Notes: generated by a model from the sequence alone, not told the origin. Counted from the stretch's first letter, positions 48,499 through 62,008 are shown. The stretch is DNA of 64,000 bases from Candidatus Bathyarchaeota archaeon (GCA_963811105.1 CAWEPZ010000011.1:1-64000); one strand, 5' to 3'. Made by a program: numbers and translations.

Positions 48499-49407
48499 CT
48501 AAATCAAGAAAACTCTTTCTCTTATGCACATGTCCCAGAAGTTGAGACGTTCATATAAAGATCTAACGTAGATAAATGGTAACAGTGCGAAGTCTTCCTT
48601 CGTTTTGTACACATTGCGGAATAAATTTGCAAAGGTTATTGGGGGAAAAATTATTTTACACAGATCTAATGGATAAAAGATCCTCCACATGAAGAGAGGT
48701 TTATCTTTGAATTTCTTGTAAAGTAGGACTCGGTCTCTAATCCTTTTGGACTGTTGAACAAATTGTGCTGGCTTAAGAGTTATTTTCTGATGATACACGA
48801 TCATTTCGGGGTCGAAACATATTCGACCAAACTTCTGTGCTCGCATAGCAAGATCTCTGTCGTCAAAATAAACGAACCTCTCATCAAATCCTTTAATTTT
48901 TTCAAGAATGTTTTTCTTGTAGGCAATGTTGCAAGTCATGAATTCTCCTCCTTTCTTATTCTCCGTAACTCCATCAGAACGGGTTGGCTTGTATTCCTCG
49001 GAAACGTAGTAAGTCTTACCCTCTACGCCGACGCAGTTTCCTACTTCAAATCTTCTTAAACCAATTTCGATCCAGTTTCTAGAAAGCATGCAATCGCCAT
49101 CTGTGAAGAAAACATACTTTCCTGTTGCCTGATCTAAGCCTCTATTCCTGCTCTTGGCAATTCCAAGCCATTTTTCGTTTCTACAATATTTTATACGTTT
49201 ATCATCGAATCTTTTAATTTTTTGTCTAGTTTCATCATTGCTTAAGTCATCAATAACTAAAAGCTCGAAATCATTGAATGTCTGATTCAAAATAGATCCT
49301 ATACAATCGTCAATATACTTCTCTACGTTTCTAACACACATTACTATGCTAACAGCTGTTTTCAGTTCTCTCAAGTGTAAACTTCCCCACAGTTGCAAAT
49401 TGCGCAA
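48499..49407 (-). CDS. Glycosyltransferase family 2
   Basis: Motifs VSIVMCVRN, IDDLSND, FTDGD and GFDERF..DDRD. Confidence 0.9.
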   Translation of the reverse strand: MRNLQLWGSLHLRELKTAVSIVMCVRNVEKYIDDCIGSILNQTFNDFELLVIDDLSNDETRQKIKRFDDKRIKYCRNEKWLGIAKSRNRGLDQATGKYVFFTDGDCMLSRNWIEIGLRRFEVGNCVGVEGKTYYVSEEYKPTRSDGVTENKKGGEFMTCNIAYKKNILEKIKGFDERFVYFDDRDLAMRAQKFGRICFDPEMIVYHQKITLKPAQFVQQSKRIRDRVLLYKKFKDKPLFMWRIFYPLDLCKIIFPPITFANLFRNVYKTKEDFALLPFIYVRSLYERLNFWDMCIRERVFLI

Positions 49408-50093
49408 ATTACATTAATAAACTCACTTGACACATAAATCAAGTAAGTTAGTCGGCCAACCTGTATTTTGTTTTATTCGAAGGAGATTCCCTTTTGAGAA
49501 CCCTTCAAGTTTTTCAAAGTAATTTTACGAAAAATAGCGCTCTATTAACAATCCCATGGTCTCAAGCGACCTAACAATGTTACATCAGATAGTAATAATA
49601 CCAACAGAGAAATTTCTATCATTACAAAAAGACCATTATGTACAAATCTTTAGTCAATAAAACTTGATAATTACGTTTAGCTGTTGATTAAACGATTTTG
49701 AGAACCATCTTTTAGTCTATAGCGTATCTGAATTTCTAACCAGGTCTGCATTTGCCTGCACCGGGAGCGGAGACTGCGAATAGCGGCTATATCTGAGTGT
49801 TTGTATTCCATGGTGCCAAAATAGTTAGTAAAGCGCTAATCATTCAGTTAGAGGAGGTTAACAGGTCAAATTTGCTCAAAATCAGAAAAATATCTTATCT
49901 AGGGAGATTTTAGGCAATGCGCACCGTTCTCTTCCCATTCCTAAAGGTAATTAAGATACTAACATTTTTCCGATTTCTTTAAGCTTCCAAAAAACGTATT
50001 CTCTACGTGAAAATGCCAATCATTTGAGTCTGCCAGCAATTTGATTAAAACGGAAGGCTTCTTTCTTGGGGAATCTTAAATTGTAAATTAGAG

Positions 50094-51158
50094 TTATTCT
50101 CGTAGGCATTTGTATAATGAAATATATTTGTCGGCAATGTTTTCCCAGCTATACATTGTCGCTTTTTGAAATCCATTACGTGATAATTCTTTTCTTAGGT
50201 GAGGATCTTGATATAGAGCAATAACTTCCTTTGATAATGCGTCAGCATCTTCAGATTTGAAAAGCCGACCATCAATCCCATCAGAAATGATTTCTTGAAA
50301 AGCTTGGAATATTGGAGGCTATTACGGGAATTCCTGAAGCCATGGCTTCAAGGATAACTATGCCAAAACCTTCATGCCTGGAAGGAAAAACGCAAATATC
50401 TGCAGACTTGTAATAACTGGGAAGCATCGAGTGCTCAGCCCAACCATGGAAAACCACATGTTTTTCAATCCCTTCTTTCTTTGCCAGAAGAGCAAAATGA
50501 CTAACATCGCCTCTCCCTACAAGATGTAATTTGATGTTTGGAAGTTCAATCCTAAGTTTGGCTATTGCTTGAATTAAGATATCAACGCCTTTTAATCTCG
50601 CGAAGTGGCCAACATACAAGATGGAAGGATCACCTTCCAAAAGTATTCTGTCATTATTGCCGGTGAACATTTTCAGGTCTACTCCATTAGGGATAACTGC
50701 AACTTTGTCACGATTTAATCTGTACCAAACGACGACATTATTACGCATAAATTCTGAGTTTACGACTATTCGATCTGCCAAGTTGCAGTAGCTTAAATGT
50801 ACTCATCCAATCAATAAAGAAACAGGTTCATGCCATTGTTCTGCTATCCGTTCCAGTTAAGGAATACCATGAATATTAAGAACTGTGCGAGTTTGCCTTA
50901 ACTTCGCAAATCTCAGCAACATAGAACTCCCATTGATACCAAGCAGGATTTGCATTGAAATGAATAATATCAAATTCCTTTTTAACAAATTGACTGAACA
51001 CATTGAAGTAAATTATGGAAAATCCTTATTTGAACTTTATTCCACGTAAGTAAGTTAACACCCACCTTTTTCTTCAAAGCCTTGGGTAGGTAATAAGCGA
51101 CTTTGCCTACGCCTCCTCCTCGGATTATATCCGGTTCACCATAATATAAGATGTTCAA
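50094..51158 (-). CDS. Glycosyltransferase family 4 (frameshifted)
   Basis: Motifs IPNGVD, LYVGHFARLKG, FPSRHEGFGIVILEAMASG and YSWENIA. Confidence 0.88.
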
Positions 51159-51254
51159 ATGTAATCAACCAAACAGTGAATAATCTTGTATTCAGATTCA
51201 ACGATGAAGTTTGTATGCAAATCAGAGATTAATCAGATTTGCGTTATCCATAAG

Positions 51255-52830
51255 TTTACCTGCTTTTTGTTGCTATATAAGAGAACCTGAATTATAAACT
51301 ACATCAAATTTGTCCAGTATCTGTTGGGATGTTGTTTCAACAGAAATATTGCTTATATTGAGAGTCTTGCTAAACCGATCGAAAATAATATGGAATCATA
51401 CATCGTAATATTTGATAGTCTAAAACGCGGTGCAGATTCGTGTCGATTTCGGTATTTCCTTGGATTTGCGGAGACAATATACCATTTGTAGCCAAGATCG
51501 GCGATTACTATGCTTTTTGAATTCCAATCGTATTTCTCGATCATGAAGTTTGCTGTCGCAAGGTCCTCTTTTGTTTGAAACGTTATTGGAAAACTATCAA
51601 ACGAATAGTGAATTGGAACGAAAACAACAAAAATCAACAGAACCACAACCAAGTATTTCAGGTATTTTCTAAACTTGCTTTCAAACAGATAAGCAATTCC
51701 TAATGAGATAGGAACAAAGAATAGCGGTATTGCACGTGAACCTAGAATGAAAAGTGCAACCCCCAAACCTGAATAAATAGCTCCAGTTAAGAAAATAGCT
51801 TTGTCTATTTCTCTAAGTTTTCTTCTAATTACTAGGAAAACGAAACCTGCAATACATAAGATACCAAATGCGATTGTTACCGCTCTAGAAAACAATGAGG
51901 AATAGCATCAGTTGGGACAGAAGTGGTCGTAAGTGTAAGCTCCAACAAACTAGAATATTCGCTTGGAAGCAATAAAACACTAATAATACTATTCCTAAAA
52001 GAAAATACAGCAAAAGTAATTTGCACTAACAAATAGATGACCAATGTCAATATGAAGAATTCAAAATATTGTTTACTTCTGCCAATAATGCTCCGAATTA
52101 GCAAATAGATTACAAAAAAAAGGGGAACAAACGCATGAGTAAATACTATACTTGTAAACAAGATGAGCATAATACAGGATAGTACCAGCACTCTTTTCTT
52201 GTGTCTCCAACATGAACAAGATGAAGAGAAGCGCAAATGCGAGTGAGAAGGGAACAGCTTGATAATTCAAGAAATAAAACATTACAACAAAGAAGGCTGC
52301 CACTGCAAGAAAACCGCTGCGATTATACATCTTTGAAGCATAAACATACAAACCTGTGATATTAGAAATCCTATGATCGTGAAAAGCAGAAATTCATAGA
52401 TTGTCAACGTTGAGTCCGCTCACTGACGTTGTAATGCTTGCCAAAAGAAAAAAAGAGGGCCACTGGTAATAGCTGTGGATAAATTGTGAAGTGTTCAAAT
52501 TATTTGTTCTAATGAAATTTTCTGTCAGCGACCTCTAAAACAAGTTGAATCGCTAGTTGGCATAGTGTAGTAGAAATAAAATAATGAATACAGGACTATG
52601 ACAAAGCCTATAGCCATTATCCATTTCAAATACTTGTTTTTGAAGCTAATAGCCATCAGAAACATTGATGTTAACAATAAAGGAATACTAAACCAGTACA
52701 AAATTGAAACATGGTTAAAAATTGAGTCGCTCACAGAGTTAAGTGATAAAGGGAAGCTCAGTACCATGAATAGAGCCATTAATGATAGACCAATAAGAAA
52801 AGGAAGAATTAGTAGTTTGTTCTTTTCCAT
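51255..52830 (-). CDS. Multi-pass membrane protein (GT-C/Wzy-like; frameshifted)
   Basis: Hydrophobic fragments at 52525-52830, 52073-52351, 51877-52236 and 51353-51895, with a soluble C-terminal domain. Function is inferred from context only. Confidence 0.6.
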
Positions 52831-53338
52831 CTCTTTCACGGCATCAATTTTGCGATTTATAATATTTGTATTTAAGTTCCATCTTGGGACAAATTTCTCA
52901 GCTAAGCACAACTTACAGTTCACTGTTCTCGAAGACTTCAACTGCTTCTTTTTGATTTTGTTTCAATATTTCCCGTCTGGAAATAGCCTTTGAGTTTCTG
53001 CAGCAGTCAAAAGAAGGAAGCCATCAGTATTCAAGACTTCTGTTTGTTTGTTACTAACAATTTGTATAATGCTTTAGCGTCGTAGCCATCAATACACAGC
53101 CATAAGCTTGTGTTCTTAGTAACAATTGAACAAATAGAAGTAAGCTTCGAAAACACAAAAGTAATTCGGATTTGAATCATGAGTCTTATAAAGGGTTATA
53201 TCCAAAGGGGATCTATGACATTTTGGTTAATTCAAACTCTACAGACTAAGGATCTTTTCCCACAATCACAAGAGTTCTATTACTATAACGCGTACATTCA
53301 TACAACGACAGGTGGAACAGGAAAATGCTAGTTTTTAC

Positions 53339-54550
53339 TCATCTTGGCTTATTATGAAGATATATGGCGTACAACTCAATGTATTTGGTGGTTACTTTGT
53401 CCATGTTGTAGACATTTCGAGCAAACATTCGAATACTGGCACTTAATTGATCCAAGGAATTAGTATTCTTCAGCGTTATTAGTTTATCTGTTAGGCTTTT
53501 GAACCCGTCTGCAAGTATGCCGTATTTTCCATCTTCAGTAAGTTCGGAGGAGAACGGGAGTTTTAGCATTAGAGGAATTTTGCCCAGACACATACTCTCA
53601 AGAAGTGTCATTGGACAAGCTTCGTACATGCTTGGAATTGCAACAAATTTACACAATCGAAAGCTCTTCATCAATTCTGGTTTTGTGGTAAAACCCTTAA
53701 ACTCTATATTTCTCAATCTAAGTGAACTTATGTATTCCTGCATCTTATGAAAAAGGGGACCGTCTCCGTGGACAATTATTTTGAATTTTGTGTTGTTCTT
53801 TTGAAGGAAGTATGCCATTTTTATTAAATTCAAGGCACCTTTTCGCCAGAAAAGACGGCCCGCGAAGAGTATTGTATTACTTGACTCCTCTAAACCTGGT
53901 TCACTTTCATACTCCTTTTTAAGGGTTTCAAGATCAACACCATTATGTATGCAAAGGATCTTTTTGTCATAGGCTTCTCCCATCTCGTTTAAGAGATCTG
54001 ATTTTAACGACTTGGAAACAGCTACGGCAGTAGTTGAATGATCAAGCTCTTTTCTGAAAGTAAATGACCATGCAGGATAGCCCAGTAAATACGTTAAGAA
54101 GTCGCTTCTGCTCCCACCTCTAAGCAAAGAATAAGCAACAAGGTTCTTCTCGACTTCCGGACTTGTGTGAAAAGTTACTGCTAACGGTGCTAAGTCTTTG
54201 AGGACATAAGATAAAGGATATGTTGAACCGCTTTGACCATGAATTACATCAGGATTTATCTCTTCAATGGTTTTTCGAAGCCTTTTCAAATTGGCTAGTT
54301 GAAACATGGTATGTCTGGGAGGCAGATCTGGATACGGAAATCTTATAACGGTCACCCCATCTTCGTCTTTCCTAAAAGAATGTTTTTCCTTTGTGCCATT
54401 TGAACGCAAAATATTTGTTGTAGGATAACCGGTAATTACAGTTACCTTTACGCCAGTTTTGGAAAGTCCCTGAGCAAGACCTTTCATGAAGGTACCTATT
54501 CCTCCAATAATAAATGGGGGATACTCATTAGACAACAAAAGGATATGCAT
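53339..54550 (-). CDS. Glycosyltransferase family 4
   Basis: Intact 403-aa ORF with motifs EYPPFIIGGIG, IHNGVD, FAGRLFWRKG and PSMYEACPMTLLES. Confidence 0.93.
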   Translation of the reverse strand: MHILLLSNEYPPFIIGGIGTFMKGLAQGLSKTGVKVTVITGYPTTNILRSNGTKEKHSFRKDEDGVTVIRFPYPDLPPRHTMFQLANLKRLRKTIEEINPDVIHGQSGSTYPLSYVLKDLAPLAVTFHTSPEVEKNLVAYSLLRGGSRSDFLTYLLGYPAWSFTFRKELDHSTTAVAVSKSLKSDLLNEMGEAYDKKILCIHNGVDLETLKKEYESEPGLEESSNTILFAGRLFWRKGALNLIKMAYFLQKNNTKFKIIVHGDGPLFHKMQEYISSLRLRNIEFKGFTTKPELMKSFRLCKFVAIPSMYEACPMTLLESMCLGKIPLMLKLPFSSELTEDGKYGILADGFKSLTDKLITLKNTNSLDQLSASIRMFARNVYNMDKVTTKYIELYAIYLHNKPR

Positions 54551-54769
54551 GTTAGGTAATTACCTTGTTTCGATTCATTCTGTATCTGCAAAGAACCAAA
54601 TTCATAATATTTGGAAAATTGCGACTATTAGTACGAAGATAATAAGACACTTTTCTAACCTGCGTAACGCACCAAGTCATTTTTTGCGGAGAATTCATTT
54701 GATTTTTTTAAGCTTATTTCTGTGAAACAAAGACGATTAAAATTACGAAGTACTCTGGTGCATCAAAAT

Positions 54770-55870
54770 TCTGTGGATTTCCATCGATCTCTTTGACTGG
54801 CCTGCTTCTGGCATTTCTCTTATGACGGTCTCACGGAAGACAACTGTTCAAACTTCTGTTTGTCAATACCATGCAATACTCTGAACACTGACAAAGAACA
54901 AAACTAATTGAACTTTAGCAAAAGCTTGAACCATCCGTGAAAAAACCAGTCCTAGAAGCCCACAATAATTGCCCCGATCAAAAGATAATTAAGTGGAGCA
55001 AACGCAGTCAAGAGGAAGATGCCAATTATAGAAATAAAGAAGAAAAATGGCAAAACAATAAGCATCAGGAAATGGGCGGGCATTATGACTAATCCGAACT
55101 TGCCATACTTCCGACTTAATATCATATTCTTTGTAGGAAAGCATATTTTCGATTAACGTTGCACCTCTCCTGATCTGTTGTTTAAATGAATCACGCATTG
55201 TCTCGGGTGCAGGTTCGAAATACACGGCACGCGGTTCATAAACAGTTCTGTAACCTTCCTCTGCAGCTTGAAATGAAAAACAAGCAGTCTATGCAACCTT
55301 TTTTCAAGATTCCTTCTTTTTCACTATATGCTGGCATATACTCCTTCTTGTGGCAGCAATTTCGCCTTTAATGTCAAATGGAGAATCGATTTTACCTTCC
55401 GCCTCTCGGACGAAATCATAAAAACTACGGTAGGATGCTTCAATTTTGGGTCGATGACCCTGCATCGACATTATTTATTTTCATGGTTCCATTAACGGCG
55501 CCGACCTTAGGATTTGCGAAATGGTCAACAATCAATCTAACAGCGTTCGGTGCATATTCGGTCTCTGCTCCCGTAATGAGTATTATTTCACCGGTTGTTT
55601 GAAGAAACCCTTCAACGACGGCCGAGTTAAACCTTTTCTACTTCCCTGCTTGACAATTTTTTGAGAATAGGAAACAGTTTTAGACAAAGCCTCTATTTGT
55701 TCAACTGTCCCGTCTTTTGAACCCCCATCCACAAAAACAACTTCAAGCTTCTTGGAAGGATAAATTATTTCTTGTAGATTTTCAATTTTTTGCTGAATGA
55801 TTTTTGACTCATTATAAACTGGCACAATAATAGAAACGGTCGGTAGATTCTGCTTCTTGAAAGTGAGCAA
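54770..55870 (-). CDS. Glycosyltransferase family 2 with C-terminal TM segments (frameshifted)
   Basis: Motifs VSIIVPVYNE, VDGGSKDGT, HFANPKVGAV and KQQIRR. The 3' end is approximate. Confidence 0.78.
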
Positions 55871-55892
55871 TTATCAATATTAGTTTTCTTCT

Positions 55893-56081
55893 CTAACGTA
55901 AACCAAACAGAGTAGGTAGTAAGAAACGTAGAAACCAAGGAAAATGAGCAATACTAGCGAAAGTTACAATTTCAAGGATTATCATACTCAAAACTATCAC
56001 CTGTATAATAACAAATGTTGAAAACACTTTCGGCAATCTGATCATTTGTCGAATAATCCACGCATTCTCCATAATCAGCAT
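55893..56081 (-). CDS. Small membrane protein
   Basis: Hydrophobic 62-aa ORF, co-directional with the epimerase and GT2 that flank it. Confidence 0.35.
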   Translation of the reverse strand: MLIMENAWIIRQMIRLPKVFSTFVIIQVIVLSMIILEIVTFASIAHFPWFLRFLLPTLFGLR

Positions 56082-56172
56082 TCAGAATAACATATATAGT
56101 TAATTTAAAAGAAAATGAAATAATGTTAATTTTATTGCTTCACTTTAATATGGACAATATCAAAGTCACTTT

Positions 56173-57227
56173 TTATCGTTCAGTAAGAAGCTTCTCTATG
56201 TTTTGTTTAACTTCTTGTTCATTCTTCTCAGAGAAATACCAGTCGGTAGTCTTTTTGAATCCTTCTTCATAAGATACTTGTGGGTTGCCAACCGAGTATT
56301 TTTCTAGTTCGTGTTAGATCTGCTGCTCTTGATGCGACACCTTGTGGTTTTGAGGTATCATGTATTATTTTGGTTGGGTGCCAGTTAATTAATCTTAAAG
56401 ACCAAGTCTGGCTGCTTGCGTTAAGCGTAATTCTGTCATCTCTGCCCGCGTTAATTGGAGAACCATCATCTATTTTTCTCTGAGGCCAACACCAAGGCGT
56501 CAACAATATCTTGGACATAAGTGAAAGTTTCTGTCTTGTTCCCCAGTTCCCCATATCAGATAAGGATCCATTCTATGAAAGCTTTAGCGATTAAAGCAAT
56601 AATCGCATGGGTTTCATTTTCCCGTGGACCATATGCAGTAAATATTCTAACTGCTGACGTTTTGATTCCATATTCCTCATGGTATGCCTTTAACGCCATT
56701 TCACCCATGAGCTTTGGCCCAACCATATTCTATATCTGCAAAAGCTTTGTCTCTAACGAATGGATTAGCTTCATCTTCTTTTAAAAGATGGGAGGAACCT
56801 GCTTCTTCTTGAAGGAATGTAGGATAAACACAAGCTGAACTTGCAAAGCACACCTTTTGTACGCCTGCTTTATTTGCTTCCTCAAATACGAGTTGGTCTA
56901 ATATCATGTTGCTGCAGCATTCTGCAGGATGAGTGTCGATATATCCTCTTCCACCATGCAATGCAGCCAGATGAAAAACCATTCAACGTCTTGCATCATT
57001 GATTTAACAAAAGTCTTGTCTTTAAGGTCCCCTTGAAAAACAGACAAGTTGCCAGAATGCCAAGTCTTTGATCCGGCTTTTTAAATGGATAACATAAATT
57101 AGTTAGTTTTCCACTCGAAAAGTCATCTGCAACCTTAACAGCAGCCCCTTTTTTTAAGAAGAGAATCAACTAGATGGCTCCCAATAAAAGAAGCGCCGCC
57201 AGTTACTAAGACACTCTGTTTCACCAT
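56173..57227 (-). CDS. NAD-dependent epimerase/dehydratase, GDP-mannose 3,5-epimerase-like (frameshifted)
   Basis: Motifs VLVTGGASFIGSHL, FHLAALHGGRGYI, FASSACVYP, YGWAK and RIFTAYGPRE. Confidence 0.85.
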
Positions 57228-57558
57228 AACTCGCCAACCTTACGATCTTTTAAGCTCTGTGATTTCATGAGATATCGTATATTTAAATAATACTGCAATT
57301 TTACAAATATTCTGCTCTCGCAATAGCACGAATCCAAGTATCTTCGGCACTTAGCCAAGCATCTTTCAGCGCACACATTGGAACATTATTGCAGATTTGA
57401 GAAATATCATTCAATATAGCCTATTTCTTTTTTAACACTTGCCAGCATTTTTCTTTTTCGTTCTTGAGTAATTCCTCTTCTTCAGAGTCCAGCCTTTTTT
57501 TGGGTAATGTGGACTTGAGCAAAGATCGTGAAGAGTGAAAATTCACGAGTTACTAGGT

Positions 57559-58000
57559 CTAGATATTTATCACTTTGGCTGGATTTCCAGCGACAACGGA
57601 ATTACTAGATATATCTTTAGTAACTACGCTTCCAGCACCAATAATCACATTGTCTCCAACATGTACATTTGGCAGAATTATATTTTCTCCTCTGCCCCAA
57701 CAAAACAATTATTTCCAATCGTTACTACTCCAATTTTTGTGTAGTCTATATGATTTTTAGTACTGGCATCATGTGCAAGGATTATTACATTGAAGGTTAG
57801 ATAACAATTGTCTCCAATAGAGATACCGAGGAAAAGCTAGATATCTCAAACTGAAGGTCCGATGTAGCAGTTGATACCTAATCTCAAACCATTCTTAATG
57901 AGCCATTTAATGCGCAACTTTTGAGGAAGAGCAAGCAACGTGCTAATGACCAAACTATTCTCCTGCCTGCCACAAATACTAATTCCATTTTGCTATTTAA
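57559..58000 (-). CDS. Hexapeptide-repeat (LbH) acyltransferase (frameshifted; missed by the ORF track)
   Basis: The minus strand reads IGDNCYL..ILAHDAST..VTIGNNCFVGA..ILPNVHVGDNVIIGAGSVVTKDISSNSVVAGNPAKVI. The start is approximate. Confidence 0.75.
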
Positions 58001-58743
58001 GATTTCGAGGAGCACAAAAAAAATCGTTACCTTGGTTTCTTCTAATTTTGAATTGTCCATCTGCATTTCTTTTTGCCTCCTACCTTAGTTGCGTGGATCC
58101 ATTGAATGTTCACGAATTCAAAGACAAAAGATATTTTTGAGTTGTATTGACCTATTTACTTCAGCATTTTCTTGAGGGATTCAACAAAGAGTCACGATAC
58201 TTTTTGACCCGAAAGAAGAAACTAAGTACAATTTAAGGCAACGATCTTCACTGTCTTTAACGAGATTTAGAAACCTACATAGAAAGATCCTGAAACATGC
58301 CATGATAGTTAAGGAAAAGGAAACTTTGCTTCTTAAAGTCCAAGTTGCAGGCAACCCTAAAAGATCCTTCAATTATTCGCACTTTTTCCTTAAGGATCTT
58401 TCAGGGTCCCAGGTTGCTCAACAAAATTCAGCCTGCTTTAACTCCAATGCGGCAAAACTTTCAACGATCCTTATTCAGGCTAATTATCGATTATTCTTTT
58501 TTCGAGATAGCAGGAGTACTTCTCCTGTAACAATAATCAACATGGATTTTTTTCCTCAGGCTAAGTAAAGAATTCTATAAGTTTCTCTTTCAAGGCTGGA
58601 TAATCGCAATTAACAATATTTAACAACTATTCATAAGGGCTATATCAAACGGCGCATTATTACTTATCAAGTCTTAATTGTTAAGACTTAATGTCTCGTA
58701 TTAATAACTTATGGAAAAACAAAAAAATTAAGGTGTAAACTAA

Positions 58744-60803
58744 ATGAAAAATATTAAAATAAACAAAATTAAAATCAACAAAATTAAAACGTCTGGTTTT
58801 TAACCATATTCGTATTATATTCTCTCCACTTGGCATTTGCGGCCATCGTAAAGGGAGTAGCTCGTCTATCTTCGGAAATACAGTAATAGGCACCTACATT
58901 GACCAAAACGACCCTAACGCCCAATCCATCTCATACTTCAAATCCACAACCACCGGACAAATAACCAACATCAAAGCCTACATCAGTGGAGCATCATCAG
59001 GAAAAGCCACAGCAGCACTATACGCAGTCAACGGAAACACACCAGGCACATTACTAGCACAATCCAACTCGATAAATATAGGCACAACATTCTCATGGGT
59101 TGACTTCCAACTAACCACACCATACACAGTAACCTCAGGCACAACCTACGGACTCGCAATAATGGGCAACGTCCCAGTAAACATTCAAATAGTTAGTGGA
59201 ACAGGCCAACGTACCGGCGGGCCAGGAGATAGTTCTTACGCAAATGGCTTCACCAATCCCTTTGGAACCATATGGTTCAACGACCTAACCGGCGCTATGA
59301 CCATCTACGCAACAATCACAACAACACCAACAACCCACACCAACACCCACCCCATCACCTTCTCCAAACCCAACAGAAATTAATTTCATCGTTATGAATG
59401 GCGGTTCAGGATATACAACTCCACATATCACGCTCACGGGTGGCGGCGGTATTGGCGCAACAGCAATTGCAAGAGTCTCACAAGGAAAAATAATCCAAGT
59501 CGCATTATTAAATCCAGGTTCAGGATACACCTCTGCACCAACAGTATCCATAAAAGACCCTAAGCCACAAGCTCACGGAGCCATTGTAATCGGAACCTTC
59601 AACGGAGCACCAAATCCAACCCCCACAAACACCCCAAATCCGACAATCACTCCTACACCAACACCCACTTATCTACTTTTGGAAACACAGCAATCGGCAC
59701 CTCCACAGACCAAAACGACGCCAACGCCCAATCCATCTCATATTTCACATGCACAACATCCGGGTCAGTAACCGACATCATAGCATACATCAGCGGAACA
59801 TCCACAGGAAAATCCATAGCGGCACTATACGCCGTCAACGGAAACTCAGCCAGGCACCTTACTAGAGCAATCCAACTCTGCAAACATAGACACAATTTCT
59901 CATGGGTAGACTTCCAACTGCCAACACCATACACAGTAACTTCAGGCACAACCTACGGACTCGCAATAATGGGCAACGTCCCCGTAAACTTAGTGATAGT
60001 CAGCGGAACAGGCCAACGCACAGGCGGCCCAGGATACGGCTCCTACACAAAAGGCTTCACAAACCCATTCGGAACCATATGGTTTAACGATCCAACAGGC
60101 GCCATGTCCATCTACGCAACAAGCACAAGCTCATCAACCAACACCCACACCAACGCCCGCACCACTACCGCCTCCAGCTACTACTAACTTAGCTCCTCTT
60201 CCTGATTTTTGGGACACTGGTGGGGCTATGGCATTAATAACCGATACACTGTCTATCCCGTAACTAAAGATGGAAAAGTAGCGGTAGGAAATGCACCGAA
60301 ATCCAGATACTTCTGTCTGGGCTAGTAGTGACGATAGAGAAAACGATGGCTCTGCCTTCGGTATTCATGTTGGCGACCAGATTTTCATATAGAAGTTTGG
60401 TTTTGGACGACAGCCAGCAGCGTCGGTGATACAATTAATACTCATGGCGGCTGCATAGATTTAGATGTTTATGGAACAAACGAAGCTATACGGCATATAT
60501 GGTAGACGTGTCACTGGGTACTATGGATCCCAACGGCGTTAAACCAATATTACACTGGCTGAGGCCAAGATAACCCAATGTTGTTTCCGTGGGGAACAGG
60601 CACCTGGACCAAAGTTTCGATAACTTACGTTGTTCCCGCATTGAGAGCCTTACGATGGATATAGTTACTTTCCGATGTCCAGCAGGAACCATGTTCACTC
60701 CATAATTTGCTATTCTAGTAATCTATGGAGGAGCTGGTCTTGGGCAGGTCAATTGGAAAATGGCATAATTTACTTCGCTGATCCGGTGATATACGTTAGT
60801 TAA
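58744..60803 (+). CDS. Secreted surface protein with two duplicated DUF4082-like domains, a GSGYT module and P/T linkers (frameshifted)
   Basis: ATG at 58744 with a hydrophobic leader. Two copies of FGNT.IGT..DQND.NAQSISYF..WVDFQL.TPYTVTSGTTYGLAIMGNVPVN..NPFGTIWFND flank NGGSGYT..NPGSGYTSAPTV. Confidence 0.7.
58865..60120 (+). repeat. Intragenic direct duplication of ~450 bp (about 58865-59315 and 59670-60120)
   Basis: Shared long strings, e.g. caccatacacagtaac.tcaggcacaacctacggactcgcaataatgggcaacgtccc, in both copies. Confidence 0.85.
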
Positions 60804-61001
60804 GTTCTTAACTTAACTCTCGTCGTAATTAGTCGTTGGGTTGATTTTTTTTATGCGCTATATCTTTTTTTCTTTTGAAAGAAGACCAAAACCTTTTTTG
60901 CTTCAAGTTGGCTTTTTGAGTTTTGGAGATGCCGGGAGCAGCATCAACCTAATTTTGTGGGTTTTTTGAAACCTTGATCCCTAAAGCGGTTTTATTTGTA
61001 G

Positions 61002-61905
61002 TTAATAAAAAGTTGTAGCTTGAGGCGTTGACGAGTCTCTCAGCGATGAATGCGAAAGCGCCTGCGGCTTCGTATTGAATTGTTGATCAAGTTGCGCGCG
61101 CGGGGATAGAAAGATGAACCGATTCTCCACCAAATCGACTGAGCGGCTCGAAGAGGAGCCAACATAGTCTGAATGAGTATAAACGGCATTTTTGGAAAGA
61201 ATGCCATGGAAGCTTGCGCAGTTAATACATCCCATTTTGGGGTAGATGCTCACTTGTTCAATTCTGAATTGTGCATATTGCTGACAGTTGATGAGGCCCA
61301 AATGAGTAAAATGGTAAAAACTGTCTTGTGATAAGGTTCTAGAAAGGCTACAGTACCTAACATTTGCCTTGTTTTTCAATACGCGATGAACTTCTGAAAG
61401 CGGGATCAATGGATAACGCAAATGCTCTTAATACTGCTGTTGATAGCACAAAAATCTAGGCTTTCGTCTTCAAATGGCAATGAATGTGCATACCGCCTCG
61501 TCTTTGTACTTCGGGAGAATTGATCTAGACCTATGTACTTGAACCCAGCTTTTTTCATTGAGGTCTATAAAAAGTAGCCCACAACCCAAGTCGAGCATAA
61601 AACTTTATTTTCTCTCATTAGCTATTGGAAAATAGCTTCCTAGCCCCGCGGAAAGGCGGATATATTTTCAGGTCTGATACAGAAGAGCAAGTTGGCATGA
61701 ATTCGACAGTCGAAATCAACTCTAACTGAACACGTCTTTTTTCGTCTAATTTGCGGTCGAGTTCAGCCGGTTGTTCAAAATTCGGATATTCGATATGGCA
61801 CTGCGAGCATTTAGCACACTTGGCTTGATCGAGTTAGCCTGCCCTTCCAGTTTCGGACACGCTTAGAAGTTGCCATGAATCCGCTGTACCAAGCAAAAAC
61901 TCCTC
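61002..61905 (-). CDS. Class I SAM-dependent methyltransferase with a Cys-rich N-terminus (heavily frameshifted)
   Basis: Fragments MLDLGCG, KYIGLD, AHSLPFEDESLD, EHLRYP..EVHRVLK and GTVAFLEPY..SFYHFTHLGL. Confidence 0.65.
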
Positions 61906-62008
61906 TCAAAGCCTTCTTAATTAGTCAAAGCATCACTAAATACTTACAATGACAAACTTGTAAAACCAAGTATATAGTTTCTTTTCGAATTACCTTTTGA
62001 TCTACTTC

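Noticed and set aside
49500-50000. Possible further GT2 remnant
   Set aside because: Only vague motif echoes, not distinguishable from chance by eye.
58745-58790. Short tandem aacaaaattaaaa repeat
   Set aside because: Low-complexity Lys/Asn/Ile codons at the start of a signal peptide.
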